In this document: in pieces, positions 37,282 to 47,596 of the stretch
How positions within the stretch are numbered: position 1 is the first letter of the stretch
Layout: each line of letters starts with the position of its first letter
Assembly: GCA_026023565.1 (NCBI GenBank)
Contig: JAPETS010000011.1
Location: 744,001 to 795,753, forward strand
Length of the DNA stretch: 51,753 bases
Reading direction: 5' to 3'
DNA from: Cirrosporium novae-zelandiae
Taxonomy: Eukaryota
Position numbers and translations under genes: made by a program
The notes under the pieces: generated by a model
Database searches by the model: none
What the model was told of the DNA's origin: nothing
The model's input: only the letters and a program-made list of their open reading frames with translations

Positions 37282-38382
37282 ATGTCTACTAAATCCAAAG
37301 TTTTCACTTCCATCCCCTCTCCGCTCTCCGCCCACGGTCTCCCTCGGCAGTACTGCAACGTGAACAAATCGCCTGTTTTCCTTCGGCCACGGTTCACCAC
37401 ATCAACCGACACCACCGTGACTCATATCCGCCATTTCCCAGCCCAGGTTATGGTCACATCCATCACGTACACCATTGTCACCGTAACTGCTGTTGCGCCT
37501 CCCCAACCACCATCTTCATCTCGTCCATTGTTGTCGTTCCCATCATGCTCGTCAACTTCCTCTTCCTCGTCATCTTCCACCTCGTCATCCACTTCTTCTG
37601 GTTCTCTCTCTACTAGGCGTCAGCGTCGCGATAGTCGCGCACGGCCTTGGAGGCTGCCTTTGCCAGCCTCCCCGCCTTCTTCGGGTGCGTCATCCCCTAC
37701 ATCTTCCATTTCGTCTGCTTTGTCATTGTTGTCCCTTTCGTCATTGCCGCCCTCCCCTCCCACTTCCCCTCTTTCTTGTACCCCTCCTCCTTCTCTTCCA
37801 CTTCCTCCTCCTTCTCTTCCACTTCCTCCTCCTTCTCTTCCACTTCCTCCTCCTCCTTCTCGCATCCCCAGTCCCACTCATTGTCCCCCTCGTTATTCTT
37901 TCCCTTCCCCTGGTTCCCGTCTTCCGCTTCCATCTAGGCTGCGGACCCACCTCCGGATTTCTCCGGACTCCAAGTTTGCCGCCTCTACCCCTTCTCCTAT
38001 CTCTTCGCCAACGCCCTCGCCAACACCTTCGCCAACACCCTCGCCAATACCTTCGCCCCCTCCTTCCCCACCACCCTCCGTTACTCGCCATCCACTTTCT
38101 CTTATTCCTCGCTGCCCCCCCCCTCGTTCCGCTCCGGCGGTAGGTAAGTCGGGCTCAATGGTTTATAGGCCCCTAAGCACGGGCGAATTCATCGAGGGGT
38201 CCTATGGGCTCTGGGGTGCACCGACCTTTCAACCCACCATCCGACGGCCCCACATGTTTCTCCGGTCAGCGCTCAAAGATCCGGACGTCCATCGACCAGC
38301 AAAATCGGTTAGCTTTACGAAAGCCAATCGATCCTATTTAATCGACCGGTGGATTACCCCGAACGACACTTACTCTTGCTAG
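37282..38382 (+). CDS. Intronless Pro/Ser-rich hypothetical protein (366 aa) with a short C-terminal non-repetitive segment carrying SALK and KSVSF motifs
   Basis: 1.1-kb open frame, ATG in CACAAATG context; internal repeats (PPPSLPL)x3 and (PSPT)n; much of the length is low complexity. Confidence 0.5.
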   Translation: MSTKSKVFTSIPSPLSAHGLPRQYCNVNKSPVFLRPRFTTSTDTTVTHIRHFPAQVMVTSITYTIVTVTAVAPPQPPSSSRPLLSFPSCSSTSSSSSSSTSSSTSSGSLSTRRQRRDSRARPWRLPLPASPPSSGASSPTSSISSALSLLSLSSLPPSPPTSPLSCTPPPSLPLPPPSLPLPPPSLPLPPPPSRIPSPTHCPPRYSFPSPGSRLPLPSRLRTHLRISPDSKFAASTPSPISSPTPSPTPSPTPSPIPSPPPSPPPSVTRHPLSLIPRCPPPRSAPAVGKSGSMVYRPLSTGEFIEGSYGLWGAPTFQPTIRRPHMFLRSALKDPDVHRPAKSVSFTKANRSYLIDRWITPNDTYSC

Positions 38383-38410
38383 GCGCTGCCTACCGGTTCC
38401 CGGATCTCCT

Positions 38411-38570
38411 AGACGACAATTTTTCCTGGACTTTGCAACCCCAGGCCGACTAGGCGCCTGGTTTTCCTATAGCCGACAAATTCTCGACCATGCCGACAAT
38501 CTTCCGGAGTGGCAACATTTCACCGACAACATTCCATGGTCTCCGACAACTTTCTTCTATAGGACAACCA
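38411..38570. repeat. Cluster of phased CCGACAA direct repeats
   Basis: Motif starts at 38413 (ACGACAA), 38473, 38493, 38523, 38543, with degenerate copies at 38446, 38484, 38512, 38561. Confidence 0.75.
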
Positions 38571-39849
38571 GGGGCACTTTCTAGGATCCACAATTTTTGG
38601 TGAGTTTCTTTCCTATGTTTTTCCTTGCGTCACAAAAAAGTTGCACGATGGACATTACCAAAAACATGTAAATACCACAAAACTTCAGAAAAAAATTTGC
38701 TTTTCTTTCCTTTGTTTTTGTTTCATGCATGGATGTTTTTGGCAGCGGTTGTTTTTGGCAGTGGTTGTTTTTGGTTCCCCCTTCCTCTCTTCCTTCCCTC
38801 CACCATTTATCATCGCCATCTATCCCCCGATCTAGTCTGGTACAATAAGCTTGCACCTCTACGTGGTTTACCAGACCAGTAAGACAGTCTTTTTGACTGG
38901 TCTGAAGCTAAGTCAAGCTTTTTCATGTACATATAGATATAGATAGTTTTCTTTGACTTTAGTTTTTGGGTTCGGGTTTGGGCATTATCGTGATGATTCA
39001 CGGATTAGACTAGAGTCATCAATATTCAACTTAATTAAACTCCATTACTTTGGTGACCTAATTATTAAATTTCTAAATTTCTTAAGAGTGGTTTGTTATG
39101 TAGATATATATAGAATTAATTTATTTTTTTACGAAGACCTCCCAAAGTTCCCATGAGAGAGAAAAATGAATTACATCTTCATTTTTGCTCAAAGGGCCTC
39201 CCCAGTATATACATTGGTGAATCTATATCTATTTATTATATATCCATCTATTGTAATTAATTAGGGCTTAAACGTCTAATTAGGGTAATTTTGGAGGTTA
39301 CAGTAAACGGGCGACACGCGTCTTAAGGTTTAACGAGAAAAAAGCTTAATTAAAAGGCTTAATCTCGTAACTTGGTAGAAACGAAAACAAAAACAACAAC
39401 AACAGCATCTCATATTATTGACAACAACAAAACCCTCCTCTAGCCCTTGTGTTATAAATAAAACCCTTTTGGAAATTCCTTTAGTTACTTGGTTTTTTTT
39501 AGATGAGTGTTAGGAATGGGAATAATTAGGTTGGGCTATTTTGATTTGAGGACCTCCCGAATTACTCAATTCGAGGATATTGAATTAGATACGAGAATGC
39601 CAGGGTGTCGTGTGTGTCGAGCGATGATTTATTATAAACCGCCCAAGCGGGGGATCTATATACACACAAATGCCTCTACTCCTTAGCCGATACCAGAGAT
39701 AAGATGCTAATCAAAGTTTCATAATGCTCAAAGGCTCTTGTGGTTAATATTGCTAACTATTTAACTAACTATGCATCGCATTTAACATAAAGCCCCTTTC
39801 CAACGAAGATAACGAAATGTATTCTACGATGAACGGCTTCAGCTTAACA

Positions 39850-41150
39850 GCCCTCACCCCCTCCAGGTATGTTATTTGTTCCTTTCCCGTTATTAAAGAC
39901 TTGACCCCTTTAGGACATTCATACTCTCATATAAGAATAGGAAGTCTTGTGCTCTAATTAACAATGTATTGGCGCGATCATTTTCCGCAAAGAAGCCCAA
40001 ATCCCTCCGCATGTTTGCACTAGAGATGACGAGATCGACCAAAGTCATTTTTTGTCTTCTCCTTGATAGCCGTCGGTTGTAGCGACCACTCGGAAGTTCA
40101 TTGAGCTTGATCTTTTAGCTCTTGATCGTCGTAGCAAAAAGGGAGCGAATCAGGATGACTATTATACAGGTCGATTACGTCCTTCACTATAAGCTTGATA
40201 TTAGGGAGATTTGCACGAGAATGGTTATTCGCCATTTCACTCAGAGGATGTTGATAGGGGGGAACTGCTGATCTACCAATTTAGTACTAAGTGATAGAAT
40301 AATATCCATGGGAGTTGTTTTCCAAACTCGTCAATCCCCATGTTTTCGGTCAAGACTAGAGGCGAAAGCTGCTTTTCATCCCCAATAAGGATGATACTTC
40401 GAACACGCTTTCCGAAGGCAGGTTTTGCTAAAGCCACCCAAATCCATATCTTAAACGTCATGGCCGCTTCTTCGATGATAAGAGCAGCTCCGATCCCACA
40501 GGGTGAAGTTGCAAAACGAATTCCTGATGAAATCGCAAAGTGCCTAAAGCAGCGGTATTCACGGGTCTTGGGGTGACGGGAATTAAAACTAGGAGGGAGA
40601 AATCGAAGTTAGGTAGAAGGGGTAAGAAGTTCTAATGGAATTTTTTTCTGATTATGATAGGTTTGTTTCGGTGGGAAATGAAGTGGGAACTGTCACAAGA
40701 GAATAACTTCTATTGTTATGAGTAACACTCGACTTTTCATTTCCGAACCAAGAAAACCAAAAGAAAAGAAAAAATATCCAGAGTTGTTTTTATATATCTT
40801 TCTGTGATATGTTGTGGTATATAATAAAGTAAGGAGTTTTCGATAGAAAAGCCCTCCTCGGTAAACCAATCTCGTTCATGCTCACCAACACAGATACGGT
40901 CACAATATCTACGGAATTTGGTTGCCATATCCACATTGTTTTCCACACTAGTAGTGGACGAAAAGGAGTTTCTTTTGGCGTTTTCAGGCGTGACTAAAGG
41001 TCTTTCCTTGGGTTGCAATGGACGCAGACCTGTTTAAAAATATATTCCACTATCGTTTATGTTGGTGATGGCTGGGGCACATGTCCATGAAAATAACTAA
41101 GCGTTCCAGGCGAGAGACCCTACAATCCGGACAAGTTTTAGGTCAGTAAC
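39850..41150 (-). pseudogene. Decayed Upf1/DNA2/NAM7-like superfamily-1 helicase (AAA_11/AAA_12); boundaries approximate
   Basis: Minus-strand fragments in the correct order: ALIIEEAA (motif II), IILIGDEKQLSPLV (III), VATTDGYQGEDK (V), LGFFAENDRANT..IRAQ (VI), separated by stops and frameshifts. Confidence 0.85.
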
Positions 41151-42593
41151 TTGATTTTGCTTTCGAAAAATGACATGCGAACCTTGAAAGACCCGTGGAG
41201 GTGTCTCCATAATTTGCCTGCCTGCAAAGCGTCTTCTAGGCTTGTGCTGAGCTTACAGCTCCACACTTCGTCCTTTGCCTATTAGAGATCGAATTAGTTG
41301 TCAGGCTGCACACTTGCATTAACTGATTATGTCACGCATGGTGCAGAATCACGGAAACCCCGATACTATGTCTCGGGTCTAGGAGTTGTTGACTTGGACG
41401 GGAATATAAAGCTCCCATCATTTCTGGTATTCCTTGACCATAGAAACTAGCCTTTTGCATGAACGTGGAAGGCACCCCCCATCCTTAACTAAAATGACGA
41501 TTTCATTAGGAGAACCGGCGAGAAGGTGCCTTGCACTTGAATATTTTGTCAAAATTTATTCACCACGGACCCGGCCTCGATCTTGAATTAAGTATTTTCA
41601 TCGAGACCAGTGTGTTTCTCTTTCGACGTTTCCATCGAATTTCACGAGAATAAGAAATAATAACAACAAAGGATACTAAGAGTAATAAATCTACCTAGAA
41701 GTGTGCATACATTCCAGCCGACCATGAGTGTTCAACATCATGCTCGTATATAAGTTTTATGTTCCCTTCCGTGATAGTAGAGAATACGGATCTAAATGGA
41801 AATTTACAGAGTAGAGTCGAAAAAAACGTCTTCCGTCAAAAACTCGTGGTTTTCAATCTCTCTTGCGCGTCGCTGTTGTTGTTGTCAAGCTCCCATGGGG
41901 GATTAATGGAGTTTTATATCTTTTAATTTATCGAGGAAGAGCTTTTGTCATGGTAGCGTAGCTTAAGTTTCACTTTATCTAAAAGGGGCTTATGCAGGAT
42001 AGAGTGTTGGTCGTTGATGATCTAATCCTAACCGACGATAGGCATCAAGATAGGGCTGGTCGGGAGGATGGACAAGGCCCATGTCCGTGACAGCCTTGAG
42101 AAGCTTATCATTGCTGATCTAGTCAGCTTCGTTGCTTTCCTGGCCTAAGGTATCTGCTTCGTGGATATTAGCTGCGACCGCGGCGGTTTCGTACGTCTGC
42201 TTCACTTCCTGGTGGGAAAGGACTTCTTCTCCGCGGGTTGGCCGGAGGATATCCGTCCCCTCGACTATAGTGACATCCTGGGTGATAGTTTCCAGGAGTA
42301 TTTTGATGTCCTCTAGCGGAAGAGGTGCCCCGGCAGTCTTTTCAAACTCCAGTTCGTTATCTGTAGAAGCGGAGTATTTGAGCACTAACTGTTCAATGGT
42401 CTCCGAGCCAAGGAAAATTGAAAAAAAATAAACAAAAAATCCGAATTTATTTTCTATATTCCATTTGTGATATTTTGTGGTATATGCAGTAATAACAAAA
42501 TGAGACATTTTTCAATAGAAAGGAGTGCTATATTGTTACAAGTGATATTTCGACTTTTGTTTTTACCAAGGCTCTCTCCAATGACTTTGAATG

Positions 42594-42876
42594 TGTCAGG
42601 GGACCTAGGTCATAGATGAATGACTAGGTCTGACTTGGTGATATGTGTGTTGGTTGATGTTCTAGACTAGGGTGGAGGCTCACCTTATAAGGTGAGCCTA
42701 GGGTATATGCCCTAATGACCTAACCTAATAGGGAACCGTAATAGAATGAGATAGTTTAATGTCGAAGATGGCAAGTTGGAAAAGTAAAGACAACAACGGT
42801 TGCTAGGGCAGGCATTAGGCTGACCTTATTAACTGAGTCAAAAGACCACAATAATCGAGCTTCGCACGCCGTAACA
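42594..42876 (-). mobile_element. Retrotransposon 3' LTR (283 bp) with adjacent polypurine tract
   Basis: Minus strand begins TGTTAC and ends TGACA; preceded by PPT AGAGAGGGGGGC (42880-42892); contains a 24-bp palindrome centred on TATA. Confidence 0.7.
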
Positions 42877-43265
42877 ATTGCCCCCCTCTCTAGGATTCTC
42901 GTCCCGAGACTCCGAGTATGCTTTGCATAGGATTATTTATCCAGCCTCTCTGAGCTTCCCAACTGGAAAGCTCTCGTCCCTCAGCCTATTCGCAGGTACG
43001 ACAACCTAGTCATCATCCTCATCATCCTCATCATCCATCTCGATATCCGGTTCTGCCTCACCACCAACAGGGCCAGGGGAAGGGGGGGCGGAGCGTTAGT
43101 AGCAGTCGTATCATCAGCCTCTCGCAGGCGCTGGATCTCTTTTTCAGCAGAGCGGAGAGCGTCCTCGCCTTTTCCCCCATCGAATTCGTCAACACCTCTC
43201 TCATCTTCCTGGGCTACCCCAGGCCAGCTGAATGGTTCCAAATTATTCTGAATATATGGTGTAAA

Positions 43266-43641
43266 TTAAAATAGATGAATACATAGCGAACCAAAGACAA
43301 AAGGGGTAATTGATTCGATTTCTGGTAGCTTATTCGGTTTCAAGTATGTGCCATCAACAAACTCCCATAAAAGCTCAGCTTTCGAGTAAAGAGTCATTTT
43401 CATGCTCCATTTCGAATATCCCGTCGACGTTTTCAGCTTGTCTAGGGTATAATCGATTCTATTCAAGTGAGTCTCTTCGATTGGAGGCGTTATTGATATT
43501 CTTATCGGTATTCGGAGTCTTGGGCCGCCGAATCCTTTGTGTAACGTTTTGTTTCGATTTGAAGCCAGTGGAATTGTCCCATTCTAGGAATCCATGTCCT
43601 AAGAAGTTTGCTCTAAGGGAAAAGAATAGGGCTTCATAACC
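43266..43641 (-). mobile_element. Ty1/copia 5' remnant: PBS-like GGTTATGAAGCCC and truncated gag N-terminus
   Basis: LKTSTGYSKWSMKMTLYSKAELLWEFVDGTYLKP fits the copia gag N-terminal pattern (Y..W...M.......LW..V.G...P); 43629-43641 resembles the copia GGTTATG(A/G)GCCC primer site. Confidence 0.75.
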
Positions 43642-43649
43642 CGACGAGG

Positions 43650-44169
43650 TGTAACCTGGTGGTTGCATTCATCTATCTAGGGCACGAGACAGCTTTGTAC
43701 TGTACATGGCGTAAATCAAGATGTATGAATATAGCCAAGTACGTAAAGGGTTTGATTATATGCCGTAATAGATAGATTGTCTTTTATATATAAAATAGGA
43801 AAAAGAAGAAAGTCGACTAATAGGTCTATGGGGAGGTCTTCAGGATAAGAATGTTGGAGGTGATTGTGTTTAGTTGTGGAAGGTCTTATCCAAGGGGGAG
43901 GGAGGAGGGAGGAGGGAGGTCCTTATATGCTAAAGCGGAGATAGCCAAACAGTGGTGGTGCTGAGTTGAGTCAGTTATGGGTGAGGAGTTTTCCGCATGC
44001 ATCGGGCATGTATTGTATGCTTGCTTCATTTGCCTACGTTTGTTGCTTTCACTCAACTGATTGATTCACTGGGGGATTTCCTTCACTACAAACTTCGTAC
44101 AAAGTTGTGTGAACTTTGCTGTATAAATGTGTTTGACATGCATACATACTAGTCACCAGGTCTGTTACA
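43650..44169. mobile_element. Possible LTR-like segment bounded by TGTAAC...GTTACA
   Basis: Inverted termini TGTAAC-CTGGTG and CACCAG-GTCT-GTTACA, next to the copia PBS; no target-site duplication visible. Confidence 0.4.
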
Positions 44170-44447
44170 TTCTCCATCACTGAACGCCTTTTCTAGTCAG
44201 CCCGACCCTGGGTTGTTTAGACATATATATATACCTACAGCTCGAGGTTTAGGGGGAAAGTAGTACGGTGGCACGTGCTGGGACAAATATCACCGACTTC
44301 CCGGCACACGTGACTTTGTTTACCAGATGGGTAAAAAGCTCCGAGGCAACTCAATTAATATTTCTTAACCCACCATCTCCGAGATCTTGTTATGGCAAGT
44401 TTGGTTAAAAAAAGTTGGCAGGCGTTTTGGCCTTACATATAGCTCCA

Positions 44448-46613
44448 ATGAAAATACTTTGCGTGGCTGAAAAGCCTTCCATTGCAAAATCTGTTGCCAA
44501 CCATCTTGGGGGAGGTAGGGTTAGAACTGTTAGTTACTCTGGTCTACTTTGGCCTGAAATAATAGCTGATCTAGAATATCAGCATGCCATTCAAGGAAAT
44601 CAATATGTCAAAAACTATGAGTTTGATTTCTCATTTAACCAGCCATGGGGAGATTGTAACGTTACCATGACTTCGGTCCTTGGGCATATTACGGAACAAG
44701 AATTCGCCCAGCGCTACCGGAGTTGGACTTCGTGTCGTCCAGGAGAGCTTTTTGAAGCTGAAATCACCGAATCTATAGCCAAGGTACGGTTAAGAACACA
44801 CCTCTCATTGCTGTGACATAGTTGCTTATAAGGACGTAGGACAAGAAAGGTATTGCTGACAACATCAAAAGACAAGCGCGGCTTGCCAGGATTTTATTTA
44901 TCTGGACAGATTGTGATCGTGAGGGTGAACATATTGGAGCAGAAGTCCGTAAGCAGGCGCTGTTGGGTAATTCAGGAATTGAGGTCAAGAGAGCCAAATT
45001 CAGCAACATCGAAAGAGCCCATATCATCCAAGCAGCCCATAATCCCATTGCCCTCGATGATCTGCAGGTCCACGCGGTTGCTGCGAGAATAGAGCTTGAC
45101 CTTAGAATTGGAGCAAGCTTTACAAGACTTCAGACCTTAGAGTTGAAAAGTCTAGGGGGTGCTCTCCAGGATCGTGTGATTAGCTATGGGTCTTGTCAGT
45201 TCCCTACGCTTGGGTTTGTTGTCGATCGCTATTTCCGAGTGAAGAACTTTGTGCCTGAACCTTTTTGGTCCATTAAGGTGATGCTTAAACGAGATGGCAA
45301 GGAAGTAAATTTCCTCTGGGATCGGGTTCATTTGTTTGACAGGCACGCAGCCATTGTCCTATTTGAAAGATGTCTAGCTGCGAAACAAGCAAAAGTTACA
45401 AAAGTCGCTAAAAAGCCTACGAGCAAGTGGAGACCATTGCCGCTGACTACCGTCGAATTACAGAAAGTAGGTAGCGCAGTTCTACACATGGATAGTTCTA
45501 GGGTCATGAAAGTTGCAGAAGCACTCTACACTAAAGGTTGGATAAGCTATCCCAGAACAGAGACAGATGAGTTCGACAAAGGAATGGATCTTAAGAAACT
45601 CATTGAAAAGCAAGTTCAAGACAACGACTGGGGTCCTTATTCCCAGGGACTACTGGATGGCAATTTCAGACAGCCACGTAAGGGAAGACATAATGATAAA
45701 GCGCATCCTCCTATCCATCCAGTTAACTATGTCGTAGCAACGCAGCTGGATAATGACGAGAAACGAGTTTACGAATTCGTCACCCGCCGATTTCTTGCAT
45801 GCTGCTCCGAAGACGCCAAGGGAGAGCAAACAACAATCAACATCGAATATGGAGACGAAAAATTCCATGCCAGCGGGCTACTCGTGCTGGAGCGAAACTA
45901 CCTCGATGTTTACCCATACGACAAATGGGAAAGCAGCCAACAGCTACCGCAATTTACTGTTGGCGAAACTTTTGAGCCAACGGAAGCTATGATGACCGAA
46001 GGGAAAACAGGACCACCGGGATATCTAACGGAGCCAGAGCTGATTGCTCTTATGGATGCGAATGGAATCGGGACCGATGCCACCATGGCCGAACATATTG
46101 CGAAAATCAAGGACCGGGAATATGTCAGCACGAGGCCACGAGGAAGCGCGGGTGGAGCCGGGGACACAGCTACAGCTACGGGCAGAGGCACAGGCAGAGG
46201 AAGAGGCAGAGGTAGGGGGAGAGGGAGAGGCCGAGGAGGCGGGAGCGTGAACGGAAGAGGGGGTGGTGGTAGCTCCGTCCAGGAGTTCATACCCACACTT
46301 CTAGGCACCGCATTAATCGTCGGATACGACAACATCGGCTTCGAGACCAGTCTAGCCAAACCTTTTCTAAGAAAGGAGATGGAGCTCAAGATGAAAGCCA
46401 TTTGCGATGGCACAAGGACCCGCAACGACGTCGTCCACGAGACCCTGGAACAGTATCGAGAGGTTTTTGTTCGCACACAGCAACAAATCAATGTTTTGAA
46501 AACTGTGAGTCTCAGTTTGTGATGCTTTATTGTTTGACGTATTTTACTAATTGAGTTGTCTGTTTGTGTCTTTCCAGGCCTGCCGTAGATATGTTATAGA
46601 GCAGAATGTTTAG
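44448..46613 (+). CDS. top3: DNA topoisomerase III (type IA), about 660 aa; exons 44448-44528, 44583-44783, 44840-46504, 46578-46613
   Basis: LCVAEKPSIAK, MTSVLGH, IWTDCDREGEHIG (TOPRIM), SYGSCQFPTLGFVV, catalytic ISYPRTET, AHPPIHP, GIGTDATMAEHI; three canonical introns. Confidence 0.97.
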
Positions 46614-46903
46614 CTTCTGCCTTGTGATAAGGATGCTTCCTCGACCCCCACTCCTGTCTACACCCACCGAAGCTATGCCCCTCTTCTCTTCTTCATGCAG
46701 GGGGGGGGATATGGAATCCTCCGATCTGGACTATTCCCAAAATTCCTGGACTCGGCATATTTCAAATATCCTTGGCCATCCTCTTATCTTATAAGTCTCT
46801 TTCTTATCGGATCCACTTATAATTAAACCATTTTTCAGTCTTATACTGAAGGGGAAAAAAAAAGGCTTCTGGGTATCTCAAACCAAAAAAAGGGCGAAGA
46901 AAA

Positions 46904-47596
46904 TCATATCATGGCCCGCTTGCTCTTTATATTCTTCCACTTATCCAGCACAAAATCGATTCGCTCTTGCATACCCGTCACCCTGGACGGCAACACGACA
47001 TAATTAATCCCACTCTTCTCCAGCAGCAAACAAAAATGGCTTGACATTTCCATCCACTCGTCCATATCCAACGGCATCAATCTCTCCCCATCATCATCCA
47101 GCCAATCCATCCCGGGCTCGCACATTATCACCAGCGCCTTCACCATCCTCCCTCTCAAAAATTTCCAAATGTCGCTCTCCATCAGCTGCGCCGCTCCGCC
47201 TTCGGGCGCATACATAGTCGCATAAACAATCGGGTCGATACCACTGCGATCGGAAATAAACCATGAGGAGCCTGACATTCGTGTTCGCTGCTCGACCTGC
47301 ATCTGCGTCTTCTGAATGTGTTGTTGAAGTTCTAGACTTTTGGTAGGCGCATCTCTAATGTCATTCGGTGGAAACTGGTATTTTCGGATGACGTGACGGG
47401 CAACTTCGTCGATGATTGTGGGTGGTGGGATGGTGGGGGAAGGGTGTAGGGCGAAGTGGGCGGCGAGGCCTTCAACAAGCGTAGTTTTGCCGGTGCATTG
47501 AGGGCCGACGATATACACGGAGGGGATCTCATATGGTGGTCGTGAATGAGCGATGTCGGAGGGGGGGTTGTTGAGTATCAGGCTCTTGGGATCCAT
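46904..47596 (-). CDS. NadR/Ttd14-like AAA_28 P-loop nucleotide kinase/ATPase (230 aa)
   Basis: YIVGPQCTGKTTL Walker A, IIDEVAR, FISDRSGIDPIVYA, DDGER; intact single-exon ORF convergent with top3. Confidence 0.85.
   Translation of the reverse strand: MDPKSLILNNPPSDIAHSRPPYEIPSVYIVGPQCTGKTTLVEGLAAHFALHPSPTIPPPTIIDEVARHVIRKYQFPPNDIRDAPTKSLELQQHIQKTQMQVEQRTRMSGSSWFISDRSGIDPIVYATMYAPEGGAAQLMESDIWKFLRGRMVKALVIMCEPGMDWLDDDGERLMPLDMDEWMEMSSHFCLLLEKSGINYVVLPSRVTGMQERIDFVLDKWKNIKSKRAMI

Noticed and set aside
37493..38143. Overlapping ORFs on both strands (poly-Leu, poly-Glu/Lys, poly-Arg/Trp, poly-Gly)
   Set aside because: Alternative-frame shadows of the CT-rich low-complexity repeat within ORF 37282
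38411..38570. Repeat-spacer pattern as a CRISPR array
   Set aside because: Repeats are only about 7 bp with irregular spacers, there are no cas genes, and the context is eukaryotic
45910..46491. 193-aa antisense ORF within top3, and similar antisense ORFs within ku80, mkk1 and the amylase
   Set aside because: Codon-pattern shadows of real genes with no independent motifs
24568..46613. ku80, top3 and the helicase relic as a DNA-repair gene cluster
   Set aside because: They are separated by about 18 kb of unrelated genes and transposon debris; chance proximity is sufficient
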